Assembly: GCF_963921235.1 (NCBI RefSeq)
Contig: NC_086097.1
Location: 203,796,001-203,860,000 of the forward strand
Direction of reading: 5' to 3'
DNA from: Mobula hypostoma
Taxonomy: Eukaryota
Length of the DNA: 64,000 nucleotides
A model generated the notes under the pieces. It did not search any database, was not told the origin of the DNA, and worked only from the letters and a program-made list of their open reading frames with translations. A program made the translations under genes and the position numbers. Position 1 is the stretch's first letter. The number at the start of each line of letters is the position of its first letter. This document shows, piece after piece, positions 39,645-52,395 of the stretch.

Positions 39645-42600
39645 ATGACCAGTAATATATTAAAAATGTGCACTTGGAACATTAAGGGGAGTCATTCACC
39701 AATCAAGAGAAATAAAATCCTACTAAACATGAAAAGGGAAAGGGTGAATGTAGCCTTATTGCAGGAGACACATTTACATGATTAAGAACATCTAGAACTG
39801 CAACAGACAACACACATCAAAGTTGCTGGTGAATGCAGCATCTCTAGGAAGAGGTACAGTTGACATTTTGGGCTGAGACCCTTCGTCAGTTAAAACTGCA
39901 ACAGAGTGGATTTGATCAAGGCTATTTTTCATCTTTTAATAGCAGGAGTAGGGGGGTGGCCATTTTAATTAGGAAGAACTTACCTTTTAAGTTATGAGAC
40001 TGCATTAAGGATAAGTATGGGAGATTTGTGATTGTTAAGACTTCAATATATGGAGAGGAATATATTATTCTCAATGTTTACTGCCCTCCAGCTCATCCTC
40101 TCAAATTCCTAACAGATGCTTTTTCCAAACTTACAAGCTTTTAAATACAAAACATTATTGTAGGTGGAGATTTTAATTGTCTCACGAACCCATTGATGGA
40201 CTGAGTGCCTAGTGGTCCCCCATTGCTCTCCTCACAGTCCAAAGAAATCATGGGCTTAAGTGGAGAACTAGGACTTGTGGATGTCTGGACGTTTTTACAT
40301 CCCTCAGACAAAGACTTCACATTTTTTTTAATCCACACAAGTGTTACACCAGAATAGACTTTTTTCTAACCCCCAAAACGCTCCTAGATTTAGTTGTATC
40401 CTGCACAATTGGAAATATCGCTATTTCTGACCATGCAGCAGTATATTTAAATATTAAGCCCAAAGATAATTCAGCATGATCTAGACTTTGGAGACTGAAT
40501 CCTTTTATTCTAAAAGATAATAAATTTATAGACTACTTTACTTCCAAATTCAAAACCTTCCTATCTATTAATTCCAAATCAGACAGTAGTCCATCGATGC
40601 TCTGGGAAACTGCTAAGGCCTATGCAAGGGGATTAATTATCTCCTACTCTGCTAGTAAGAAGTGCCAAGCTGCAGAACAGCAGCGCCTAGTGGAAGCTTG
40701 CGGCAGCTGAAAAGGATTATATTAATACGCCTTCTGCAGCCAAGTTACAGAATATCACAGCCCTATGCTGTACACTAAATTCTTTACTTACACAAGCAGC
40801 CAAAAGAAAATTGACATTTGCTAAACAGTGATTGTTTGAAGATGGTGAGAAACCAGGTAGGTATTTGGCTTATTTAGCTAGAAAGAAAACTGCCTCTCAG
40901 ACTATTGCTTCAATTAGTGATGGGACAGGAGCCCTCACTAGTAATTCCAAAATGATTAATTTTGTGTTTAAGAATTTTTATTCTAAACTGTATCAATCTG
41001 AGCAATGTAATGATGGACAATCTAGGATGGAGTCCTTTTTCAGGAATTTAGATCTCCTAGGCATTTCTTCTGAACAAGGATCCCTCCTCAATGCTCCGCT
41101 ATCTATACATGAGATAGAGGAACCAAAGTGGGAAGGCCCCTGGTCCTGATGGACTCACTAGTGAATTCTATAAAGAGTTCACAGAGTTATTATCAGAGCT
41201 TATGCTAAACATGTTCAATCATGCATTTAATTGTGGTCTCCTCCCACCATCATTGAGAGAAGCTAATATCTTCCTAATTTCTTAAGAAAGGAAAGAGCCC
41301 TGAAGATTGTACCTCCTACAGGCCTATTTCATTGTTAAATGTTGACTTTAAAATTTTACCTAAAACCTTAGCATTGTGATTAGAAACTGTGTTACCTTTT
41401 ATCATAAAAGAGGATCAAATGGGTTTTGTAAAAGGCTGTAGATCATCTAACAATATCAGAAGAGTACTTAATGTGATGCAGGCATGTCAGCAACAGGCAG
41501 TGGATGACTTGATGGTTTCCTTAGATGCAGAAAAGGCCTTTGATCGTGTCAAATGTCTGTATCTTTTTTTCACTTTAGAACAATTTGATTTGGGCAATAA
41601 TTTTATTAAGTGGGTGAAGGTTCTTTATAATGACCCTTTGGCTGCAATTCTCACTAATGGTATTAGGTTGGATAATTTTAGTATTCTGAGGGGCAGCCGG
41701 CAGGGGTGCCCTTTATCACGACTATTTTTCACACAGTGATCGAGCCATTTGCTGAGGCTATTCGGTGAGGCCCCAAATTATCTGCTCCAGACATAGGACT
41801 AAAGTCACATAAAATTACATTGTACGCGGATGATGTTCTAATTTTCTTATCAAACCATGCTATATCAGTGCACCACCTTATACAATGCATCAATTCATTT
41901 AGCGCCTTTTCAGGTTATAAAATCAACTTTACTAAATCAGAGGCGATGCCTCTGGGGAATCTGCAGCAGGTACCTGACACTCAGGGTGTTTTCCCCTTTA
42001 AATGGTCACAGACAGGTTTTGTTTACTTAGGCATATTTATCACTTCTACATTTGATCAATTGTTCAAAGCTAACTTTATGCAGTTATTTGACAAGATCAA
42101 ACAGGATCTTGAGCGATGGAGCACTCTTCCCATTTCTTGGTTTGGCCGAATATCCATGCTCAAAATGAACATTCTTCCTCGTCTGCTCTACCCAATACGA
42201 ATGATTCCAGTCATTTTTACCCAACAAATACTTAAAAAAAATAAATGGCTAGCTTCATTCTTTCATCTGGAACAAAAAAAGACCTTGTATTAAAATGTCT
42301 AAGTTACAGCTTCCCAGTAGTCTAGGGGGTCTGGATTTTCCAGACATCAAAAAATATCAGTTAAGTTCCTTTTTAACTTATGTGGTTGACTGGGTTTGCA
42401 GGGACCCCTCCTCAATTTGGCTAGACATTGAAGCAAAATGCCCTCCTATTAATTTGCTTTTCCTCAATAAGATGAAACTAGTTAAGGAATATTGTCCCAA
42501 TCCAATAACAATTAATACAGTCAGAGATTGGAGGGCAGTGCGACAAATTGAGGGAACACAGCGAAAATAACACCCTTCACTCCAATAACAGGCAGTCCAG

Positions 42601-43509
42601 ATTTTCAGCCTGACATAATGGATTCTGGATATAAACTTTGGATTTCTAAGGGTATTTTTCATCTTGGAGATTTATTTGATGAAGGAACGATGATGTATTT
42701 TAGTCAAATAGTACAGAAATTTAACATACCCAACAAAGATCTTTTTCGTTTCTTTCAGATATTATATACAGAAAAAAAAATCATTGTTAACTGATTTCTA
42801 TAGTTCTGACATAGAAAAGAGGGTGTTTCGTTCTAAGGGTGAAGTCTCTATTAGTACTTTTTACAGCATCCTGAGGGAATGTTCTTGTGGAGAATCTGAG
42901 CAGCTGGGAAGGGTCTGGGAGGAAGAGCTGGGAGTAGAAATTACAGCTGAAACATGGGAAGACATCTGTGATAATGCAAAGAAGATTTCAATTTGTAATA
43001 GAACTAAAGCATTGCAACTCAAAATTCTGCATAGAGCACATCTGACTCCAGATCATCTCTCGAAATTTAAGACGGGGGTTTCTCCAATATGTTCTAAACG
43101 TAAAGTAAATACTGGAACTTTCACCCACTGTTTTTGGACTTGTCCCAAACTTCAGGCATACTGGAGTGATATTTTGGGTGAATTGGAAAAGATTCTGAAG
43201 ATGGAGCTTGAATTGGACCGAGTGTCATTTCTCTTAGGCTTACCCAGCAGTCGTATTATTAATGCACATCAGAAAAATCTTTTTAACATCCTGACTTTTT
43301 GTGTGAGGAAGAACATTTTACTTTGTTGGATATCCAGTAAGGCCCCTGGACTTTCTGGTTGGCGTAAATTAATCATGGAATACTTTCCTTTGGACTTCTT
43401 GACATGTATGGTACACTCAAAAACAAATAGTTTTCATAAAACATGGCAACCTTTTCTGCAGTATATAGAAGTAAACCTGTCTGCTATACTAATAAGGGCT
43501 TTTGTATAG
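39645..43509 (+). pseudogene. L1 ORF2p (APE endonuclease, RT, Cys-rich C-terminus), multiply disrupted
   Basis: MCTWNIKG..LLQETH; GGDFN; SDH; SLDAEKAFDRV; RGSRQGCPLS; YADDV; THCFWTCP. Confidence 0.92.
39808..39889 (-). mobile_element. 82-bp PLE terminal fragment inserted in L1 ORF2
   Basis: Flanked by TA(G/A)AACTGCAACAGA at 39793-39807 and 39891-39905; its reverse complement starts exactly at CTGACGAAGGGTCTC. Confidence 0.88.
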
Positions 43510-43653
43510 GATGTTGTGGTGATGTCTATATTTTGATGGAAGTGTTCTGATACTTGATATCTGTGAGGGGAAGAAATATAAATGTAAGTGTATCTGGAAA
43601 TTGAAAGTGTTGTTATGCTGAGCAAAAATAAATTTTAAAAATATAATTTAAAA

Positions 43654-44555
43654 AAACAAGAGAAAATCTGCAGATGCTGGAAATCAAAGCAACACACACA
43701 AAATGCTGAAGGAACTCAGCAGGCCAGGCAGCATCTATGGAAAAAAGTAAACAGTTGATGTTTTGAGCCAAGACACTTCACCTGAACTGGAGCAAAAAGA
43801 TGAAAAGTCAGAGTAAGAACATGGGGGAGGGGAGGAAGGAATACAAGGTAGTAAGTGATAGGTGAAACAGGGAGAAGGGGAGGGGTGAAGGAAAGAGCTG
43901 GGAAGTTGATTGGTGAAGGAGATAAAGGGATGCAGAAAGGGTAATTTGATAGGAGAGGACAGAAGACCATGGAGGAAAGTGAAGGGGGAGGAGCATTAGA
44001 GGAAGGTGATGGGCAGGTAAGGAGATTAGATGAGAGAGGGAAGTGGCAATGGGGAATGGTGAAAGATTGAATGGGGGGCAATTACTGGAAGTTTAAGAAA
44101 TTGATGTTTTTGCCATCAGGTTGGAGGCTGTACAGATGGAATATAAGGTTTGGCTCTCGAACCTGAGTGTGGCCTCAGTACGACAGTAGACGAGGCCATG
44201 GAGTGACATGCTGTAATAGGAACGGGAAGTAGAGTTAAAACAGGTGGTCACAGAGAGACCCCACTTTTTCTGGTGGATGGAGCATAGGTGCTTTGCACAG
44301 TGGTCTCCCAATCTGTGTTGGGTCTCACCACTATGAGGAGGGCACATTGGGAGCACTGGATACAGTAGATGATCCCAACAGATTCACAGGTGAAGTATCG
44401 CCTCACCTGGAAGGACTGTTGGGAGCCCTAAGTGGTAGTGAGGGAGGAGGTATAAGGGCAGGTGAGGCACTTGTTCTGCTTGCAAGGATAAGTACCAGGA
44501 GGGAGATCAGTGGATGGGGGTTGGGGGGGGGGAATGAATGGACAAGGGAGTTGTT
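43654..44555 (-). mobile_element. PLE (Neptune-like) 3' part with Cys linker, GIY-YIG remnant and terminus
   Basis: PGTYPCKQNKCLTCP (44456-44499, minus); GETQHRLGDHCAKHL; terminus AAATCTGCAGATGCTGGAAAT. Confidence 0.85.
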
Positions 44556-46918
44556 AAGGTTTCTACCTTAACAAGGTAGACTGTGAGGTCAAGAGTCCAT
44601 CTTATTGTACTAGAGTACCATTTAATAGTCTTACATCAACTGATACATGCATACATGTTGCAGCTGATTGGAGTATGTGGCTGGGTCAGTTGTAAATAGA
44701 ATTGATGAAGGAGGGCTGAATATGAGAGATTAGAGACTAGTTGCAGACTCGGAAGCAGTGTTGCTAGACTTGGACTTGAACTGGGGATCAGTAGACAGGT
44801 TTAGTTTCAGGCAATGGATCTGGCTCGTTAATTTGGAAGGTCGGTTCAGCAGGAGAGACCAAGGATTGGCAATGAGCAAGACAGAGCGGTGGACAAGTAA
44901 TGAATGGTGAGGAGCTGAGGTTGGTCAACCAGGTTACTAGCAATCTGCAGGAAGATGTATATAACTGACTAGATAGAAGATTCCATCAGGGTTATAGATC
45001 AGTATCCATTGGAGAAGTAATGGAGGGGTTAGGTTAGGCGTGTCAAACTCTCCATAAGAGCCAATAATGGGGCTGATATGGTGCTAGTGATGAATGAGAG
45101 TAAAAGTACAAATTAGCCCTCATAACACAACGTATCCGGAAATCGTTGGGCTCTTTGAGGTTCATGGCTGTTTACCAGATTGAGTTGGTCTCATTTTATC
45201 TAACAAGCTCCCAGTTTTAAAAGACTCTTTGGTAAGAGTGCTGAACATAATAGTTAATGAAACTGTTGCCAGAACTTTGTCCCCAGCCCGTTCAAGTGTT
45301 CATCAGGCACCTGGTGGAACCGATTTCCTTCGGTCGGCCAGCCACTTGTTAGCTTCTGTCACATCAAGAAGGCGACTCGTGCGAGCAGCTCCTTTGGAAA
45401 CCATCAAATACTCCCATTTTAGACTGCAACAGCTGAAAACCACAGCTACAGCTATGGACTGTACAGTAGTACCTGTTTTAAGGCAGTTAAAAAAGTAAAG
45501 TTGATGAAATTCAAACAGACTCTGGATGCTGGAGTGGTTCCCCATTAATAGAGTGGAAGAGAGGATGCGCTCTGGCTTAAAAGTTCGTCTAAGAAAGCAT
45601 GGATTTTGACTCCCAATACTGACCATCTTGCTGGCAAATGTAGTCTTGGGTAAATAAAACTGAAGATCTCAGAGCTAGAATGCTGTACCAGACATTAGGA
45701 CCTTTTGTGTTTTTTGTTTCACAGAGACTTGGATGTCCCCCATCATTCCAGATGCAGTGGTACAATTCACTGCCAAGAGCCTTTCAAAGGCAGAGGAGGT
45801 GGAGTATGCTTTATGATCAACTCCTGGTGGTGTATTATCGTTCTGGTGCTGGCCCAGTCCTGCTCACCTAACATGGAACATCTCATGATCAAGAGCTGGC
45901 CATTTTAACTGCTGTGCGAGATTTCAGCAATCATCTTGGTAGCAGTGTACATCCCGCCTCAGGCCAGCATCAAACAGGCTCTAGACAAACTGAAGGGACA
46001 TAATGAACAGGCATGAAACTGTGCATCTTGATACCGCCCCTATCAATATAAGGGACTGTAGCCAAGCCAGCTTGTAAAAGTCTCCAGATAATTATTACCA
46101 ACAAATCACTTGCAGGTCCAGAGGAAGGAACACACTGGACCAGTATTACACCACCATCGAGAGTGCTTACCATGTTGTCCCACACCCACACTTTGCAAAT
46201 TCTGACCTCCTGGCTGTGCTTCTACTCCCGGAGTATAGACTGTGACACTAGTAGTGAGGACCAAGAAGGTACGGACAAGGAAGGCACAGGAGCACTTGAA
46301 GAACTGCTTTGAATCGGTGGACTGGACAGTATTCAGGGATTCATCTTCGAATCTGAATGAGTATGCCACAGCTGTCACTGACTTCATTAGAACCTGTGAG
46401 GATGAGTGTGTGCCTACAAGAACATACTGTACATACCCAAATCAAAAGCCATGGGTGAAGCAGGAGGTTCGTAGTCTGCTGAGGGCTAGATTTGTTGCAT
46501 TCAAGTCTGGCGGCCCAGGACTACACAAGAGAACTAGGTACGACTTACGTAGGGCTATCTCAAGAGCAAAGGAACAAATCAAATGAGGTTGGAGGAGGAA
46601 TCAGATGCACATCAACTCTGGTAGGGTTTACAGGCCATTACCTCATATAAAGCGAAACCTAACATCATGAATGGCAGTGATGTTTCACTCCCAGATGAGC
46701 TCAACACCTTTTATGCTCGATTTGAAAGGGAGAATAAAACCACAGCTGTGCGGATCCCTGCAGCACCAGGTGACCCTGTGATCTCTGTAATGGAGGCTAA
46801 CGTCAGATTGTCTTTCACATGGGTGAACCCTCGCAAGGAGACAGACACTGATGGAGTACTTGGTAGGGCTCTGAAATCCTGTGTTTACCAACTGGCAGGG
46901 GTGTTGAAAGACATTTTC

Positions 46919-47235
46919 TTTTTTGTTTTTGCGTATGTGTGTGTGTGTGTCTGTGCGTATGTTTCTGCGTGCGTGTACGATGTTGGCGGGACGTTGTCTT
47001 TTTCATGCCTTTACAAGGCGTGCAACGAGAGAGAGAGAGAGACTGTGTGGCGAGCCACTCCTCACACAGACATTTCGCAGTATTTTTCCCTTTATTTTAT
47101 GAGGTCGAGTTGCAATCTCAACATTCAACCTGGCACGGATGGAAAGTGTACTCAGGAGCGGCCCCGACTGGGTTCGAACCCAGGAACCTCCGTTCCCGAG
47201 TCCGGCGCTGATGTCATTGCGCCACCAGCCGGCCC
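46919..47235 (-). mobile_element. Young tRNA-derived SINE, 317 bp
   Basis: Perfect 14-bp TSD TGAAAGACATTTTC (46905-46918, 47236-47249); A-box TGGCGCAATG, B-box GGTTCGAACCC; A-rich tail; CpGs retained. Confidence 0.92.
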
Positions 47236-47346
47236 TGAAAGACATTTTCAATCTCTCATTGCTACAGTTGGAATTTCCCACCTGCTTCAATAGGGCAACA
47301 TTCATATCAGCGCCCAAGAAGGACAGAGTGAGCTATTTTAATGACT

Positions 47347-50300
47347 TCTTCTTCTTCTTCTTCATGTGCCTTGCGCGTTACACGCTTGGACGATCATGGC
47401 TGTCCACATCGAACAATCCCTCGCAGCGTCAATGATACCTCGCACACTTAAATCTGTTAGTTCTTTCACAGTGTCCATATATTTTCTTCTTTGCCTTCCT
47501 CTACCATGTTTCCCAGGCATACGGACTTGTAATGTAAGGCATTCTATTTCTCCCTTTCTGATGACATGGCCCAGGAATTTAAGTTTCCTCTCATTTAATG
47601 TTCTCATTAAAGATCTTTTTGTATGGGCACGTTGGAGTACTGTCTCATTAGCTACCTTATCTCTATATGATATTTTCAGCATTCTTCTAAGAAACCATAT
47701 TTCTGTTGCTTTTAAGTTTCTTTGGAGTTCTGGTCCATGTTTCAGAAGCATACAGCAAGATTGACCAGATGTAACATTTTATTAGCCTAAGCCTTGTTGT
47801 CATAGAAACGTGTCTGTTGGTGAAGATGGGTTTCATTTTTTGGAAGTTGGTTTTGGCAATGGCAATTCTTTTTATTTCTACTTTACTTCTAGCATCTTGT
47901 GGTATAAAACTATGAAGGTAATTAAAGCTGGTCTTTTGTTCAATCTCTTGGTTCCCGATGTACAATTGGCAGTTGGGAGTATCCTGCTGTTTTGATATTA
48001 CCATACGTTTTGTTTTTTTTACAGATGATGGTTAGACCAATATCTGCACTTGTTTATACTACTTTGTCTAGGAGGATTTGTAGGTCTTCTGCAGCGCTTG
48101 CTATTAGGGTGGTATTGTCAGCATATCTTATATTGTTGATGTTAACACCTCCAATTTTTATCCCATCTAGGCCTTCTATTTCTCTGAGAATCATTTCATT
48201 ATAGAAAGTATATAATTCCGGTGAGGCAACGCATCCCTGTCTAACTCTCCTTTGAATTTTAGTCCAACTGCTTATATTATCATCAATTTTTACCGCCGCC
48301 ATTTGGTTCCAACATAAATTTTGAAGCAGTTGTTGGTCCCTTCCGTCAATGTTTAGTTTAGCGAAAATTTGAAATAATTTTTCATGTTGCACTTTGTCAA
48401 ATGCTTTAGTGAAATCAATAAAACATAAAAAGACATCATTTTGATATTCAATTGCCCTTTCTGAAAGCATTCGTAGTATGAAAATTGCGTTCCTAGTTCC
48501 TCTATCCTCAATAATCCCAAATTGCAGTTTAGAAGTTTCTGGCCTTAGCTTGTTTTTAATTCAACTCAGAACAATTCTCAACAAAATCTTTATTATGTGA
48601 CTCATAAGACTGATTGTTCTATAATTTTCACAGTCAATAGTTCCAGGAATTTTTGGCAGAGTTATGAATACTGATTTCAAGAGGTCGTCAGGCAATACAC
48701 CAGACTCATATATGCCATTAAGTAGTTCAAAAAGAATATTTGTGCCCAGATCTTCTAGGGCTTGTATCATTTCCACTGAAATTTCATCAGGTCCAGTGGC
48801 TTTACCATGATTCATGCTTTTCATTCTTTTAGTTATTTCTTCTTTGGTAACAGTTGGGCCAGAATTAGGGTGTTTAATATCTGGGGGTTCCCCTCTATTA
48901 TCTTCAGAAAGCTGCTCTATATACTGAAACCACCTCTCACATACTTTATCTGGATCTGTTGGTATGGATCCGTCTGCTGATCTTATGCATTCTGTAGAGG
49001 AGGTTTTCTTAATTCCAGTAATTTCCTTAATTTTCTTGTGCATTTCTTTGCTGTTGTTAATATAGCCTTCTACTTCATTGCATTTTTGATTCAGCCATTC
49101 TTCCTTTGCAATATTGCACAACTGTCTGGTCTGTCTGTCTAGCTCTCTGTATTGCACTTCATTATTCTTCACTAACCTTTTTTGTTCCATCAGATCCAGA
49201 ATTTCTTGGGTTATCAACCCTTTGTTGGTATGTTGGATTTCTTGTACTGGGATTATTTCCTCTGCTGATTGCCGTATAGCATATTTAAATCTGTCCCAAA
49301 TAGGTGTTGTTTCATTTTCATTGAGGTGTTCTTCTACAGCTATTATGAATTGTTGTTTAAGTATGTTATCTTTTTTAAGTTCTCCCAACATTTACTTCCT
49401 TCTCTTTTTTACATGTTGCAGTTTCTTTAATTTTGTTTTGATGGTAGCTGTTACTGGATGGTGATCTGAACCACAGTCTGCTCCTGGGTAGCTTTAGAAT
49501 TTGTGATATTATTTCTAAAGTGCTCCTTGATGGTAATGAAATCTATTTGATTCCTTGTTCTATCTCCAGGGCTAATCCAAGTACACAATCTATGTGGATG
49601 GTTTTTATACCAAGTATTGGTGATCACTTGATTGTTTCTGATACACCAATCAGTAAACCTTTCTCCATTTTCATTTTTCTCCCCTAATCGAAAAGGTCCA
49701 ATGATGTTATGAATGCTTTCCTACCCAACCTTGGAGCTAAAATCTCCCATGACTAGTTTTATATCCTGAGATTCACATTGCACTGTGGAGATTTTCATAA
49801 AACTTGTTGATATCTTCTTCATCCGCATCATTTGTTGGTGCATAGGCTTGGATTATGCTAATGTTAAAAGGGTTAACCCCTTAATTTAACTAAAAGCAGC
49901 CAGTCGGATATTGCCCAATATCCCATAAGACATTTTGATACTTGTTTGTTTAAAATAATTCCAACTCCATGCATATGCTGTTGAGCTCCAGACTACATTA
50001 TCAGAGAACAATTCTTAGTGAACCTGCCACTGTCGGTCCACCTAATTTCTGACAGGCCTAAGATATCAACTTCTAACCTTTTCATTTCATTTAATGTGTT
50101 GTCCAACTTTCCTTTCTGGTAAAGTGTGTGGATGTTCCCTGTTGCTACCCTTAGCCTTTCCCTATTGTTTACAGTCTCTGGATGATGGTCTGGTGTCACC
50201 TGCACCCCATGACTACTCCTACTGAGCGAGGTGTTGTTCTGTTGATTAGAATCAACCCCAGCATTTTTTGTTGTGTTGCTTGAATTTCCAGCATCTGCAG

Positions 50301-50510
50301 ATTTCCTCATGTTTGCGTTCACGCTGTTGTCTGGTTTCTTTCTTTTGTTTCTTTCCATGATTGACTAGGCAGAAATTATAACTGTGGTTTGCTGGGAGAT
50401 GGATTCCAAACTTTGGTGGAGGATTGCCTTTGTACAACAACAGCAAAGGTTGGGTGACGTCTAGTGTATGATTCCCAGTTGGGAACACCAGTAGAGGTCA
50501 AATACTCTAG
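47347..50510 (-). mobile_element. Near full-length RTE-clade LINE (single ORF, decayed)
   Basis: LRVATGNIHTL...LGLSEIRW; ATGPDEI...ENYRTISLMSH; CFIDFTKAFDKV; RQGC..SP; RYADN; GRGRQR; (GAA)n tail directly after the stop; TSD ATTTTAATG(A/G)CT at 47335-47346 and 50511-50522. Confidence 0.92.
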
Positions 50511-51391
50511 ATTTTAATGGCTATCATCCACAATAGGTCTACGTCAGATGTGATCTCATTGGCTTTTCACGTGGTCTTGGGTCAAATAGACAATTCTAAT
50601 ACCTATGTCAGAATGCTGTTTATTGACTGCAGCTCAGTGTTTAACACAGTCATTCCTACAGTTCTGATTTAAAAGCTCCAAAACCTGGGACACTGTACCT
50701 CCCGGCAACTGGATCCTTGACTTCCTAACCATAAGATGGAAATCTGTGAAGATCGGAAATAACATCTCCACCTCACTAACAATTAACAACAGTGCACCTC
50801 AGGGATGTGTGCTTAGCCCACTGCTCTACTCTCTCTACACACATGACCACGTGGCTAGGCACAGTTCAAACGCAACCTATAACTTTGCTGAAAACACAAC
50901 TATTGTTGACAGATTTCAAATGGTGATGAGAGGGAGTACATGAGCAAGATATGTTAGGTAGTTGACACCTGAAGCTTCCACCATACTGCGAGTATCTTCC
51001 ACAGTGAAGATTTCTGATTTCTGAATGGACATTGAGCACATGAACACTACCTCACTATTTTTAAAAATGTTTATTTTTGTACTACTTATTTCATTGAACT
51101 GTTTAATATATATGCTATATATATACTTATTTTAATTCAGTTTACTTCATCTATTATTACTTACTGCGTATACTACTACCGCAAAGACAAAAAATTTCAT
51201 GACATTTGCTGGTGATATTAAACCGGAATCTGATTCCGAGCTTGACGGCATTGATAAAGTGGGCTCCTGGTGGAAAGTAAAGTAGTGCCACACATTAGCA
51301 GACATTAAGTTTTCCGATTGATAACATGTAATAAAATCTGAGCCATGCAGTTCGTAGTTTAACTTAATGAGAATTAGTTTTCTCTTTGCAG

Positions 51392-51431
51392 GCTGGGTCA
51401 GGAAGAAGAGGAAAGCTCCTTTCATAGGCCT
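51392..51431 (+). other. Candidate 40-nt internal exon (unverified)
   Basis: Branch-like CTTAAT, then TTTTCTCTTTGCAG acceptor, 40 nt, then GTAAGT donor, in non-repetitive sequence; product not recognised. Confidence 0.25.
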
Positions 51432-52160
51432 GTAAGTATGGAGTGAAAGCAGAAAATACATTCTTGATGAGGACATGACTTGGCTTCGGTCAGAGCCCTT
51501 TTGACAATTCTGCACTTTTCCCTCGTGGGCTCTGGATTCAGAGGAAAAGAGAAGAAACATGTTTGAGAAATACATATTGAACAACTGGAAAGGAAAACCA
51601 AAAATTGGGTTGTGTGGTTATCCGCAGGGAATACCATATCAAGTACAATTAACTAAGCAAATGGCTTGTGCAAAGAGGTTGCTTTAATTGATAGAAGATT
51701 GGCAGAAAGCCCATTCAAAAACATAAATTGTCATTTATGCTATTTTCTGGGGCCTGTCAAACCTCTTCTTGAGTTACAGCGAGAATTTTTGAAAAGCTCA
51801 CAATCCCTAGTTTAAATCACAATCCCTTTCTTATTCTCTCAGATTTTGTATGAGCTATTAAGCACTAGGCAATATTCTAAACATCTCATGCCCTGATCAC
51901 TTACAAAATAGGTCAGCATTGAAAAATATCTAAGCTCACTCTAAAGTATTAGAGAGGTGGCTAAAATGTGTATTTTCCTGGTTCAAAAGACAAAGGTAGC
52001 AAGAAAGAAAGGAAAGGAGTAAATTGCAAACAGTGAGTTATATGGGCTATTTCATTCCTGCAATTATCAAAGGCTCTACATTGAAATGATCTAAAAGAAA
52101 ATAAGACTGTTGGAAACGTCATTGTAAAAGAAGTGTTTCTGGAGGCATATAAAACCATAT

Positions 52161-52355
52161 TGTGGCGACCCACTTTCTGAAACCCATGAACCGGCTCACG
52201 AAACAGCGCGCGCAGGCAGAGGGCGGGCAGCAAAAAGGGCGGGAACGGGAAGGCTTTAAAGCGGGCCGCGAAGTTTGGATAAACCTCTTTCATCGCAACT
52301 CCAACTCACCGACTCCGTGTGGTTATTCTAGCGCTGTGTGTAGCACATCGCCACA
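52161..52355 (+). repeat. 5' LTR
   Basis: TGTGGCGA...TCGCCACA, an 8-bp terminal inverted repeat. Confidence 0.96.
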
Positions 52356-52357
52356 AT

Positions 52358-52371
52358 TGGTGACCCCGACG
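52358..52371 (+). promoter_or_regulatory. Primer-binding site complementary to the tRNA-Trp 3' end
   Basis: TGGTGACCCCGACG, 2 nt after the 5' LTR; same as the start of the known tRNA-Trp PBS. Confidence 0.88.
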
Positions 52372-52395
52372 GCCCAAACGATATTTGGACCAGAG

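Larger units (their letters stand above)
38185..43653 (+). mobile_element. Full-length L1-clade LINE (about 5.5 kb), decayed
   Basis: TSD AAACA(G/A)GAGAAAATCTG at 38168-38184 and 43654-43670; 5' CAAGATGGCGG; ORF1 and ORF2; AATAAA and A-rich tail; TT/AAA target. Confidence 0.93.
45360..51240 (+). mobile_element. Rex1/Babar-like LINE (APE and RT), host of SINE and RTE insertions; 3' part internally deleted
   Basis: ILLANV..., FTETW, AVYIPPQA, CFESVDW...YPNQKPW, LPDELNTFYARFE; after the [16 protein letters not shown] and [18 protein letters not shown]; tail GATATTAAACCGGAATCTGATTC. Confidence 0.82.

Noticed and set aside
47160..47235. tRNA gene
   Set aside because: It is the tRNA-derived head of a TSD-flanked SINE; no complete cloverleaf is evident
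50400..50510. HDV-like ribozyme at the RTE 5' end
   Set aside because: Known for some RTEs, but I could not assemble the P1/P1.1/P2/P3 double pseudoknot by eye; needs a descriptor search
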